NCBI RefSeq assembly: GCF_001194135.2
Contig: NC_068982.1
Span: 12,355,232-12,413,633 of the forward strand
Direction: 5' to 3'
DNA length: 58,402 nucleotides
DNA from: Octopus bimaculoides
Taxonomy: Eukaryota
Shown: piece by piece, positions 23,915 to 37,086 of the stretch
Layout of the letters: each line of letters opens with the position of its first letter
Position numbering within the stretch: the stretch's first letter is position 1
Notes under the pieces: generated by a model
Seen by the model: only the letters and a program-made list of their open reading frames with translations
Told to the model about the DNA's origin: nothing
Databases searched by the model: none
Translations under genes and position numbers: made by a program

Positions 23915-25943
23915 TTAATTATGGTTGTAATTTTAATTAGTTGAAATTTATCTTTGGCTCCTCACTCCATTAAGTAATGTTAGTCTCTCTGTCCAGTAAA
24001 AAATATCTTCATGCAGAAGCCATCCATGAAAACTTTCTTCATGTTATTATGTTACTTAAACACTGAATATTTTCCACTCAAATTTCTATGTATTCTTTCT
24101 GTCATTCCAAAGTACAGTAAGCACGAATAAGACTATGTCTTATAGAGGAGGATTAATAATGCTAAAACATGTCTAGAGCTGTCATTTTGCTTATCAAAGC
24201 CAAGATTCATCTATGAATGTATGCTCCATTCAATTTTTAATCTATTTGGATTTCAGAGTTATCTCCCTTTCCTTTCTTGGCAAGATTTATCATTAAAGCT
24301 AATTATTTTCCTCTTCATGACATGTATAATTTTAATCGGTAACAACATATTTTGTATTCTCCATTAGCACCTCCTCCATCTACTTTAGTTGTAGTTGTAT
24401 TTTGTATAGAACTAGACATCCAGTAGTTGTATATTATTGAGAGCTTATATGGTGGCTCTCTTGAGAAGTCTATAGCCAAAATGGATAGATCATAGTGATG
24501 GCTCACTTGAATTAACAAGCACAGCTTCCTCCTGATTAACTATATGTTTCTATTTGTTTAAATAATATGCATTAATAAACCATTTACATTTGTTATTATT
24601 GTCCTTCCTAAATATTATTTCTTACAATCAGCAACTCCCTTAAAAGCTTCTTTTATGGTCCTGACTGTCACCCTTTGCAGAGACTAGTTAAAGCAATTAA
24701 TATTAAGCCTCATTCACATTCCAGGCATGTTAGCACCAACTAATTATCTTCTTTTACTCTTAGAAATTAAATATTTTCAGCATAAAAATATTTACTTTAG
24801 ACTCAAAATTTTATCTTTAGAGATTTCTAGTCTTTAATAAATAACTTCAAAGCTATACAATGAAATTGTTTTCATATATAGGTGCAATTATTTAATCATT
24901 CCAGTTTGTTTTTGTATGTATGTAGGAATCTTAATTAAATATATATTTCGTTTTGTTAGTTTTGGTAAGAAATTGTAAATATATTTGTTCTAACATCTAA
25001 CATTCTTCATTTAAAACCTACAAGGTCACTTACAGAAATATCTAAATGTTTTGGCTACATTGTATTACTTCATATCTATTAAATATTTTTACATCAACAA
25101 ACAAGTGTTTCTGTTGTGTTGTTCCACTACTGTACTTTTACAATTTACTGTATTCTGATTAGGATGCCTCTATTTTTAGTTATTCCCATCCATTCACAGC
25201 TGCAGTTGAGTAGCTATTGCATTAACTTCCACATTCCTGTCAGTTGATGGGAAATCCACTAGACAAAAATATCAGACTACAGAAAAATAAAATCAAGAAA
25301 AATGTTTCATATCTTCTTATAGAATGCATTGTATAGTATCTGAATACATTTGAAGAATTATCAGATGTTTTGATGTCATATTCATTTGCTAGATTTTTTC
25401 CCAGGCACTCATAAGAATTGGTAGACATTTTGGTGTAATATCCTTTTTGTTAAAATTCAAAAATCTCTGTGTTGCTTATTTTGTTAAAATTACTAACTCA
25501 TTTTATTTATTTATAAACAGATGTATGATTGGATAACCTTTTATTTTAATCGAAATGCAGTTATTAAGTATCAGAGAATAAAACAGCTAAATCAGGTCTC
25601 ATTTGATTCACTTAAATATTTTTTCAGCTTTGCAATACTTAATTTTAGAATTTCATTAGAAAAAAAATTTAATTAAAAAAAAATAAACACGAAAATAATT
25701 GTTTTTGTTTCTTTTGTTTCCAATGTCTGTTATTTTATAAATCTGTAAAGTTTCCTTTCTTTTCAGTGTGATTCTTCATTTTTGATACAGTATTTAAAGA
25801 TAAAAACCATTGTAATCATCAAATATATGATAGAAAAATCATTGTTTTTGTACAAAAAACTTGCTTGATGTTGCTAACAAACATACTAATATATGCGTGT
25901 GTGTATCTACGTATGTGTGTGCATGATGATATTATATTTATAT

Positions 25944-26050
25944 AGGAGTGGCTGTGTGGTAAGTAGCTCGCTTACCAATCACATGGTTCCAGGTTCAGTA
26001 TCACTGCGTGGCACCTTGGGCAAGTGTCTTCTGCTATAGCCTCGGGCTAA
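25944..26050 (+). mobile_element. Family A SINE 5' part running into a gap
   Basis: GGAGTGGCTGTGTGGTAAGTAGC...GCCTCGGGC. Confidence 0.85.
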
Positions 26051-26150
26051 NNNNNNNNNNNNNNNNNNNNNNNNNNNNNNNNNNNNNNNNNNNNNNNNNN
26101 NNNNNNNNNNNNNNNNNNNNNNNNNNNNNNNNNNNNNNNNNNNNNNNNNN

Positions 26151-29100
26151 CACCCGTTCACCATCCAGGTAGAGCCAAAGATGCCTCAACCTCAGCGCAT
26201 ATTTGCGCATCAACAGCCAAGGCATCCCCAGCCCACCCTTTAAAGGTTGTTGGCAGCAAATAGAGCGTCTTACAAGTGGATTCGAGCCCTTCCACAAAAC
26301 GTGGAAGAGCTGTCTTTCCAACTTGATCAACCACGAATCAAGGCAAGGAACGACGAATAGGCGGTAGGTTATGACCGATGCAATGACCACATTGGCTACC
26401 TCCGCCCTCCCTTTCAGGGATAGCCACCGCCAAGACCAGGTCTTGACTATGTGGGTCACCTTGCTCGATACCTCAGCTCAGTTCTTCTCTATTTCGAGGT
26501 CTGGTCCAAACCAAACTCCGAACTACCGAGTCGATGTTATTGTAAATTTCAATGATCCATCTAAGGAAGCCAAGACCCAGGCCGAACTGTGCCAGAACGG
26601 ACACCAGGTAGCGATGGTCAACCTTATCGAACGCCTTAGATTGGTCTAAATGGACCAGTGCCCCACCCTTGCCAGAATCGCTATTAGACCCCTCTTAAGT
26701 GTACCGTATAAGATGGAGATTATCCTGGATGGTTCTGCCGGGAACGGCACATGTCTGTGCTTCCTCGATTAGACCATCCGCGACACGCGCCAATCTTTTC
26801 GATAACACTTTGGCTAAAATCTTCAACTCTGTGTTTAAGCAGAGTGATGGGCCGAAAATTATCAACGGAATCCCCCTTGTTCGAGTCCTTTCTGACAAGC
26901 GTCACCACTCCCCGGCGTACAGATCTAAGAAGTAACCCATTCTGCTGCCACTTTGCGTAGACATTCGCCAGCAGGTGCCCGAACAAGTCTGGCATACTCT
27001 TATACAACTCGTAGGGTAAACCATCGTGTCCCGGCGCCTTACCCGCGCCGCAGTCTGCTATAGCCTCAATTACCTCCTCAGGTGTGATTGGCCCTTCACA
27101 GCACTCCGCGTCCCGCCCCAATAGGCGCGGCAGCCCGGCGAGGAAGTCCGTTAGGTCCTCCCTGCTATCCGGTCCGCCTCCCCCACCGAAAAGCTGGGCG
27201 AAGTGCTCCTGAAAAGCCTCACACATCTCCTCGGGCTCGTCTATCAACTTACCTTGTTGGTTCGTCAAAGATCGGATTGTAGCATCATTGCCACGTTGGG
27301 CTTCCACCTTGATTCCCTCACAACCCATAGCATGAAGTCTAGCCCTGACAATGCAACCCTTGTGTTTGGCTTCGAGGTGCTGGTTTAACGCCAGTCTCTT
27401 GGCCTTCACCTGAATCGCAGAGCTAGTTCTCATTGCTTCCTCTAACTCCTTAACTAAAACTGATTCCCTCCTAGTCTCACTAGCCACTAAACCTATACTA
27501 TATCTAATAGACTCAAATTTTATGGCTCGTTTGAGGGCATACCACCATTTATTATTAATAATGGAACCAGTTAATGCCCTCTGAATCAACAACCTAATCC
27601 GATCACTGTACTCCTTAATCGCCAAAAGGGACGTATTAAGTTTCCAGTAGCCGGAGCCTCTATTATATAGCTTATCTATGTCAAGCCTACAGGTGATCAT
27701 TTCATGATCACTGTAGCTGACTGGGTAAAACTGTGGACACTTAGCTATATTTCTATCTATTTTTCTAATTAACACTCTATCTATGTATGACCTGGAAGAT
27801 CCGTCGCTATTTGACCAAGTCCACATTGGAGCGTTCGGAAATTCCAACCTATAAGGGTCTGCTAGCTCAAAGCGACTTAGCAGTTCCAGGAAGCAAGATT
27901 TACCTTTTCTAGTAGTTCTCGAGCCAACATAATCTATGCGTGCCTCGCAGATTGTGTTAAAGTCACCTAGCACAACTAAAGAATGTGATGTACCGAGAAA
28001 CTTCTCCAGATTCCGAAAATAATCACTTTGCCCGGATGGCTAAGGTGCATAAATTGCAACCAGTTTGAAAACTTTACCATGGCTGAACGTCAAGTCTATG
28101 ATGACCAGCCTACCTTCTAGATCTGAAAAAATTAACTTTTTCTCAGAAACCCGGTTTCTTTTTAATAGGACCAACACCCGCCCTCCCCCTAGAAGGACAG
28201 CCTGGAGAGAAAAAATTCTCGTAGTCATTCAACAGGGGGAGAAGATCTCTTGGCCTCCTTAACCGGGTCTCTGTAGTAACAATAACATCCAAATTCCGCA
28301 ACATACATGAATGTTTGACGTTGCTTACCTCTGCATCAGTGGTTCGAGGTTCCTTCGTTCGCGTTTTCTTTCTCCTTTTTCTGGGCTCGTGGCGTATTTG
28401 GACTAAGGTCCTCGTAAATATATGGAGAAAAATCCATTCTGAGAGTCCTACGTCGTGAATGAATTCGGACTTAATCCGTCCGTTATCCTTCCGGCCTATC
28501 CTGTAGATGAGAAAGTCTTTTGATGATGTTCTTTCTACCTGTTTGGCAGATGAAATAGCTGCCAAACGGTTAATCAGTCTATTATTTGATGCCTTGATGG
28601 CCATGTAGGTATTTTCTTTTTCTTTCTCGTTCTTCTTTTTTAAGTTCAGTTTAGTAGGGGTGGTCTGTGTTTTTTTTCTTCTTTTTTCTTTTGGAAACAG
28701 TCGATCATTCCTCCTCTCAATCTTTCTCTTTGGTGTTGGTACTGGCTTTCATTTGTTGTTTCTTCTAATTCTTCTTCTTCTTCTTTTTCTTTCGGTATAC
28801 ATTCCAACCTGATGTGGCCCTTCAACCCGCAGTTAAAACACCTTGGTTTTCTTCCTTCAACAAATATTATCAATCTTTCTTCTCCGCCTACATTTATGAT
28901 TTCCGCAATCTCTTCAAGGGTTGCGACTTCTGCTTGAATTAGCATTGTCCCTTCCAATTCTCCTCCTTTTCCACAGAGGCCTGGAGTATAGTTATTTTGT
29001 CCTCTAGGCCCATCGTGATAGCTGCCACTAAACAGGTGGCGTCAACTTCTGGAGGGATGTTGTCGACTTTCACCTTTGACGTTCTTCTTCCCATATATAC

Positions 29101-29797
29101 GGGAAGAAGAACCACCTCCTCCCTTCTGAGGGTCTCCGAGGAGTACTTCTTGGCTGCTTCCTCTGACCTAAACCTCACTTCGACCGTTCCAAATCTTTTG
29201 CCACGGTTAATATACGTATTATCAGGCCAAATAGGTTTGAGGCATTTTTCCACAATTTTATCCTCTATTTTATATATCCTTTTTTTTTCCAATGTTGTAG
29301 GTTTTATACAATATTCTCCTCCTGTTAACTATGTTAGTTGTTTCTTCCGGAGTAGCCACTTGAATTTCAGACCCCTCTTTTTTAGTATTGACATGTATCT
29401 TTGCAGATTGCTTCTCTCCGTGTTTAACTGGGTTTCTTTTCTTCCCGCTGCCTCAGCGAACTTTTTGGGTGACACTGCCGGTGATTTCTTCTCTTCAAAA
29501 AAGTCTGATTCTCTTGGTGTCACTGCCGGTGAAATTCTTTCTTCACCTGCTTCAGACACAGGTGAGCATGAAAATGGTGCAAGCAAAGAAGTTTCCATTT
29601 TTTTTTTCACAAAATTGACTTAAAAGGCCACAAGATATAATAACAATAATTCTTCCGCAGGGGGGAATTTCAACAAGCAGCTTCCAAAAAAACAATCAAC
29701 AGTTCTTTTCAACAAAACAGTAACAACTCACCACAGTACTTCAACCAAACAAAACACAGAGAAAAAGTAAAACGTACCAACAACAGGAGACTTGCAC
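26151..29797 (-). mobile_element. L1/Tx1-clade LINE, 5'-complete and inactivated
   Basis: ORF1 pieces 29610-28646 with the CCHC knuckle CFNCGLKGHIRLEC. ORF2 has APE motifs (NLDVIVTTETRL, LGDFN, SYIDRVL, SDH, WKLN) and RT motifs (GKAPGHDGLP, FRPITLLN, QTCAVPGRTIQDNL, AFDKVDH). Several frameshifts and an RT core deletion. Confidence 0.95.
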
Positions 29798-29802
29798 TAA
29801 GA

Positions 29803-32484
29803 AATTATTTGTGAGGTTATAAAATTATAAATTGGTCAAAGTATTTCTTTATATTTTTGTTTTTATAATTGGAAGATGTCAATTAAAATTTTTAGATTTT
29901 TAAATTTAATGCAATTATAACTGTCCATTTGTTATAGATTAAATATGCACGGGTTCTAATTCCAAGAGTATCTGTTCAATCTTTATTTAATGTATAATTT
30001 ATGTCATGTAAATGTGCGTATAGTCAAATAATTCTAATTAATTTATCTATTAATCTATTTGTAAGTATCACCTTATATTTTGATATCACAAAAAAAGAGA
30101 GAGAGAAAAAAAGAAAGAAACCCATATATGTAGTCACTAATCTAAATCTTTATTAGATCTCCTATAATATTTAAAGGTTTTATAAAACCTATGTCTACAT
30201 GTTGAAAATGCTTCTGATTGACAATTTATTAAATTCTTGTGTTTATATAATAATATATACAGTGATTCCTTCATACAGAGACGGCAACTATTAGACTTAT
30301 GCGTGTATGGTGTGGCTGAATCCATTATTGACCAATCTAATTTATAGTTAACTTTGTTTTTCTGAAGTTTATGTATATATGTAGCTAATGATGTCGTATT
30401 GGTAGCTATGTTTGGTTTAAAGGAGTGTATATGTGTTAAAAATCTTTGTTTAAAATTAACGGAACTACTATATATACCATACTATGTGTATTATTAATTA
30501 ATGTAACTATGCATTTGTATATTATGTTAAATCTTCTACAATTGCCTTTTAAAGGGCATAATTTTTTATTTTTACATGAGCAGTTTTTATTTTTACTTTT
30601 ATATTTCTGTTCAGATGAATATTGCCTACTATTGTTATGATTATTTGTGGTGTCTGGTATTATTGAATTTATTGTAGTATTATTTATCGCAGAGTTACAT
30701 ACATTTATTGTTTGTGAATTACTGTTTTTATTTTTATTAGCTTGTGGTATTGTGTTATCTAAGGCATTTTGTATATTTTCGAATGTATGGTAGTTAGAAT
30801 TTTGCTGGGGTTTTGTTATATCAATATCATTGTTAGTCGTTCCAGTATTTTGCGTATTACATATAGTCCTATTGCTACTTATTATCTTATTATTATTATT
30901 GCTATTCTTATTACAGCTGTTTTTATATTTGTTGATTTTTCTTTTATTAGAACAGGCAATAATAGATCCTATGTTTGGTGTTGTAGAGAAGGATATTTTA
31001 AATATGTGGTGATACTTGTGATTCTTAGGAAAATTATTTTTAACTATATTTAAAAACTTTTTGCTAAACCTTTAACATTTAATGAAAATGGAGGTGTGTA
31101 CCAAATAATTTCTCTCTCTCCGCTCCTATTAGGTAGTTTATTACGTTTATATATTGGTTTTGGGATTTGTATATTTTTCACTGAGTATTTATTGTTATTA
31201 TTATATTTAGTTCTTTGCCTATCATTATTTTTTCTAGGTTTTTTATTGTAGTGTGTAGAAGTTTCGTCACTTTGTATTAGTTGCGTATCATTGTTATTGT
31301 GTGGAGGCGCAATGGCCCAATGGTTAGGGCAGCGGACTCGCGGCCGTAGGATCGCGGTTTCGATTGTGAGTGTTTATTGAGCGAAAACACCTAAAGCTCC
31401 ACGAGGCTCCGGCAGGGGATGGTGGCGAACCCTGCTGTACTCTTTCACCACAACTTTCTCTCACTCTTACTTCCTCTTTCTGTTGTGCCTGTAATTCAAA
31501 GGGCCAGCCTTGTCACACTGTGTCACGCTGAATATCCTCGAGAACTACGTTAAGGGTACACGTGTCTGTGGAGTGCTCAGCCACTTGCATGTTAATTTCA
31601 CGAGCAGGCTGTTCCGTTGATCGGATCAACTGGAACCCTCGACATCGTTAGCGACGGAGTGCCAACAACAACAATTGTTATAGTTAAGGTTATCGTTATT
31701 TCTTATTGTAGTATCGCATGTAGTTTTATTTAATTCCATTTGTGCTATGTAAATTTTTAGTTTAGTATCCTTTATGTATTTAATAGTTTGTTCAAATCCA
31801 CTAGCAGCTAAAGCCTGATTATAATAATTGGCATGATTATTAAAAATTTCTTCATTATAAGATAGGTCAGATATTCTAGTAGATATATTATTTACGGTAC
31901 TTTTAAGCAATGATATATGATGATTTCAATTAATATTTATATATTTGAGATATTCATTAGGTTTATGAAATGAAGAGTAGGTTGAATTATTAAGGTCTAA
32001 GGTTACGTCTAAAAAATTTGCTTTACAATAACTTTCCTCAAATGTGATAGATAAACCAAAATTTTTATAAAATCTTTGTAGTTCCTCTCTCATTTTCCCT
32101 ATTTTTCTTTTAGATCTACCGTTATAGACTAGGAGTGCGTCATCTCTATAAATCCTCCCTTCAAATATGGGAAGTAGTGTTTAGTCTCATATAATAAATA
32201 TAATCCTACTAGATCTGTGATTTGTGCAGAATCGGACGATCCCATTGTAATATCAAATAAATTAAATAAACTATTATTACCAGATCGGCACCATAATTTG
32301 TCATTGAATTTAATGAGTGTTTTTCTAGCTAACAGAATAATATCGATTTCCAATGGTGTAATGTCAGTATGATTTTTGGCTAAAATTATAGCTTTATTTA
32401 ATATAATTGGTAATATGGATGCGTAATAATATAAAAGAAATACTTTGACCAATTTATAATTTTATAACCTCACATATAATTTCA
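29803..32484 (-). mobile_element. Penelope-like element, 5'-truncated, RT plus GIY-YIG endonuclease
   Basis: FDITMGSSDSAQITDLVGLY, NEEIFNNHANYYNQAL, IIWYTPPFS, CSCKNKKLCPLKGNC...NIIYKC, PYTHKSNSCRLCMKE...STCRH. Confidence 0.9.
31303..31674 (+). mobile_element. Young tRNA-derived SINE (family C) inserted into the Penelope-like ORF
   Basis: GGAGGCGCAATGGCCCAATGG head, (CAA)n tail, probable TSD TTGTTATTGT (31291-31300) / TTGTTATAGT (31675-31684). Confidence 0.85.
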
Positions 32485-34388
32485 CATTATATTATCTAAG
32501 TCTATGAACTATATTTGAAATACAGGACAATGCAATGGATTTTATACATAATTATTATGGATTACTACAAAAGAATTACCAAAGAGGCATATTTGAATTT
32601 CAAGATTCTCATACTAAAGTCTACTTACCAAAATCAAAAGCAGTAAATTTTAATTTATATTTAAAAAAAACAATATTTTCCCATATTACTTCATAAACTT
32701 TTTTAAAAACTACCATTCATTAAATTATACAAATTTCACATTTGATATTTCTGAGGAGCAGAAGAGTTATCTATAAATGCTTATCAATATAGGATTCCAT
32801 TATTCTATATTATCTAAGTCTATGAACTATATTTGGAATACAGGATAATATAATGGATTTTACACATAACTATTATGGATTATTACAGAAGACCAACCAA
32901 GGAAGAATATATGGATTAAAGTCTCATACTAAAGTGTACTGACCAAAATCAAAAGCAGTAATTTCTAATCTTTAGTTTATATTTCAAACAAACACCTTTT
33001 TATCATAGTACTAAGTCCGATATTAGTCGACTTAGCAAATCTATTCTGGATACTGTACTACCCCTAATAATTCCTAATCTATCTCTGAAATTATGGTTTG
33101 ATACGGATGAAGTAATACATTGGTTTAAATCCATTGAAAACATACGTAATCATTCATTTATTCAATATGACATTAACAGTTATTCTTCCAGTATATCTCC
33201 TATTCTTCTTAACAAATCTCCAATTTTCGCAAAATCCTCTCTCTTATAACTAGAGATAAAATTGACGTTATTCTTTTAGCCAGGAGGACTATCAGAATTT
33301 GATGGTAAGCTTTGGACGAGATCTGATGTCCCTGATAATTTCGATGTAGCTATGGGCTTGAGTGATTCGGCTGAAATCACTAATTTAGTTGGTGCGTATC
33401 TTTTAAGGTGCTTCAACAGAGAAATCCCTGAATTGCAGAGAGGTTTATATAGAGATGATGCTCTTTTTATCATCACTAGCGACAACAAATCAGTCATAGA
33501 AAGAATGAGAAAAACAATTTGAAAATTTTTTAATAGCTTCAACTTAGGTATTACGTATGAATATGGTGCAAAGGTAGCAAATTTCTTAGATACTATTTTA
33601 GATATTAACTCAGGATAATACCACCCTATATGAGACCAGGTGAAGTTACGAGATACGTGTGCAAATTATGAAATCACCCCACTAATGTGTTAAAATCGGT
33701 AATTAAAAGTATTTCTAGGAGAATTTAAAAATTAACAGCAAATAAGGATATTTTTAATACCCATTTCCACCACTACAACTTTGCTTTGTCTAAGGTAGGA
33801 TATGACCAGGAAATTACTTTTCTTAATTCTGAAAGTATAGCACCTATTAATAGTGGAAATGATGAGAGTCTGAGTGATAGGGGGATTACTAACTTACTTA
33901 GTAGTGAAAACATACCAAATAGAAAAGCATCCTACAAACCCAACAGTTTAAATGATAATAAAATAAGCAACAACAGGAAATTAGATGCTAAAACTGGTGG
34001 GAAGCTTAGGTTAGATAATAAAGGTAGTGAAAAGAATGAGCTGGTTACTCCACCCTACATAGATATGAAAAATATTGGTAACGGTGACACACCTAATAAT
34101 CATGTCACGATTCTGGGGAGCAGTGAAAGGGCAGGTAGATCCCGCCCTGACTTACGCCGTACGTTTGAAAGTAAGGACTTCGTCTGCTTCAACGTTCCTT
34201 ACAACTGTGCCATATCCACAAACATACATTGGAAATTTATGGCTATTTAAAAAAAAAGCTTTCCTGCTTCACATAGATATAAAAGAATTTTCCCCTTAAG
34301 ACAGAATCTCGTATTCTACTTTATCCCCATATGGGTACCATCATAGCTAAGTTAAATAAGAAGAACATAAAATTAGCAAGAGTTGATG

Positions 34389-34483
<95 letters not shown>

Positions 34484-34997
34484 GTCAACAATAACATAAA
34501 CCCCTACAATGAGAATAGTAATATTAATACTGATATTGTTAGTNNNNNNNNNNNNNNNNNNNNNNNNNNNNNNNNNNNNNNNNNNNNNNNNNNNNNNNNN
34601 NNNNNNNNNNNNNNNNNNNNNNNNNNNNNNNNNNNNNNNNNNNNNNNNNNNNNNNNNNNNNNNNNNNNNNNNNNNNNNNNNNNNNNNNNNNNNNNNNNNN
34701 NNNNNNNNNNNNNNNNNNNNNNNNNNNNNNNNNNNNNNNNNNNNNNNNNNNNNNNNNNNNNNNNNNNNNNNNNNNNNNNNNNNNNNNNNNNNNNNNNNNN
34801 NNNNNNNNNNNNNNNNNNNNNNNNNNNNNNNNNNNNNNNNNGAGAGAGAGAGAGAGAGAGAGAGAGAGCAGTGCTCTATGGAAACATATGAGATTTTTAA
34901 GCATAAGAACAAGAGCAACCTGATTAACAATACATTAGACCTAAGGGTATCATGTGTACATAGTGTCACCCGTACATTTAAATATTTTCGAAATTAG
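32482..34997 (+). mobile_element. Second Penelope-like element, divergent orientation, decayed, spans a gap
   Basis: LSKSILD, FIQYDI, FDVAMGLSDSAEITNLVG, GLYRDD, FNVPYNCAISTNI, MGTIIAKLNKK, C-terminal CSMETYEIFKH...SCVH. Confidence 0.88.
34386..34480. repeat. (AAT)n microsatellite in frame within the Penelope-like ORF remnant
   Basis: About 30 AAT units reading as poly-Asn in ORF 34331..34891. Confidence 0.95.
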
Positions 34998-37050
34998 CGT
35001 TTTATAGGTGCTATGCTTGAACTGGATTGATGGAAACTAATAAAATTTTAGTGTTGTATCTGATTATACTTACCCTCTCTCTATATATATCATGTGATAT
35101 TGAGTTATATGAGGAATTAAAGTACATTGCATATAATATAAGCTATTTAGTATAGTAAATTGGTGTGCTGCATGGAGTTACTATCCTATGAATATTCCTG
35201 CCTAGTTAGTCTAACTTCATCATGGTTTTAGTAATTAAACTATTTATTCCTTTCTATAGTGTTCCACCCTACTGATCATATTATTATTTTTATAAAAGCA
35301 TTTATGTAAGTAGACCTCCTAATTATGTACCCCCCCCCCATAGGAAACTATATTATCATGTATGTATTAGCACTGGTAACTTTACAACTTATACCTCTTA
35401 ACTCATAATCAATATATAGTTAGCATATTTTATTGCCCCAGTATTCCATTAGTAAATACTTAGATCAGTCTTTATAGATACCACCCAATAAGTAAATAAT
35501 TAAGTATATGAACAAATATTAAACTAATTCTGTAATTTTCTCTCTCTTTTGTAGAAAAGTTTGGTATATGTACAAAATTTATCTTTTTGGTTATATCTTT
35601 CTTGATAATCCTAAATTTTATCTTTATACAACATAACAATATTGTTTAAAATCAATCACCTATAGTACCCCTTGATAAAATTTCCTCTGTATTATCATCA
35701 TTGGTTTTATTAGTGTCTTGCCCCTTTAATTGGTAATTAACATCTTGATTTGAGGTCTTCCACTTCCCAGCCTCCTTATAGTCAGTTACTTTAACTACTT
35801 CAAAATAATCTTGACAAGTTTTATGACCCTACCCACTATGTTCTGTTAACTCTCTCCTGCCCTTTCCTAAGAGACACAATCCTCTAGTCTTAGATTTGGC
35901 AATTGATAAATAAGACTAATAAATTAAAACTGAACCAAAATCCGTTACAAGCTATGACACCCAACAAACTTTTTTCTTGATGTCTAGTAAATGCTAAGCT
36001 GAAGTGGTGGCAGCATGCACTTTGTCTGTCTTCTTACTCTATTAGAGTATTTAAGTAAAATTATATTAATGTGTCCGACTGATTAAAAAATTCTATTTAT
36101 TTATTTATGCAGCTGAGGATAGCCTTGCATTTAAATTGATATAATGATTGCATTGTTCAATTAAATGAAGCCGCTTGAATCGGTCGTACTGTATTATCAT
36201 CTCTGGATATCCTGTTGCTTATTTTGATTTTATTCACCTTATTTTGAGTTGTACAGGTAATAGCGCAATAATTTTTGATGCTTCAACTTAAGTACCTAAC
36301 TCAACTGAAACTCAATCTATATGTATATATATATATACGTGTATATATATTTCTCTCTATATATGTATATATACGTATATATATATATATATATATATAT
36401 GTACATATATATGTATATAAACGTGTATATGTATATATATTTATATACATATATATACGTATATGTGTGTGTGTATATATATATATATATATANNNNNNN
36501 NNNNNNNNNNNNNNNNNNNNNNNNNNNNNNNNNNNNNNNNNNNNNNNNNNNNNNNNNNNNNNNNNNNNNNNNNNNNNNNNNNNNNNNNNNNNNNNNNNNN
36601 NNNNNNNNNNNNNNNNNNNNNNNNNNNNNNNNNNNNNNNNNNNNNNNNNNNNNNNNNNNNNNNNNNNNNNNNNNNNNNNNNNNNNNNNNNNNNNNNNNNN
36701 NNNNNNNNNNNNNNNNNNNNNNNNNNNNNNNNNNNNNNNNNNNNNNNNNNNNNNNNNNNNNNNNNNNNNNNNNNNNNNNNNNNNNNNNNNNNNNNNNNNN
36801 NNNNNNNNNNNNNNNNNNNNNNNNNNNNNNNNNNNNNNNNNNNNNNNNNNNNNNNNNNNNNNNNNNNNNNNNNNNNNNNNNNNNNNNNNNNNNNNNNNNN
36901 NNNNNNNNNNNNNNNNNNNNNNNNNNNNNNNNNNNNNNNNNNNNNNNNNNNNNNNNNNNNNNNNNNNNNNNNNNNNNNNNNNNNNNNNNNNNNNNNNNNN
37001 NNNNNNNNNNNNNNNNNNNNNNNNNNNNNNNNNNNNNNNNNNNNTATATA

Positions 37051-37086
<36 letters not shown>

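Noticed and set aside
24315-25428. ORFs 24315..24518 and 25240..25428
   Set aside because: No homology recognised and no consistent splice phase linking them.
28997-29623. 208-aa plus-strand ORF
   Set aside because: Antisense shadow of the purine-rich Tx1 ORF1.
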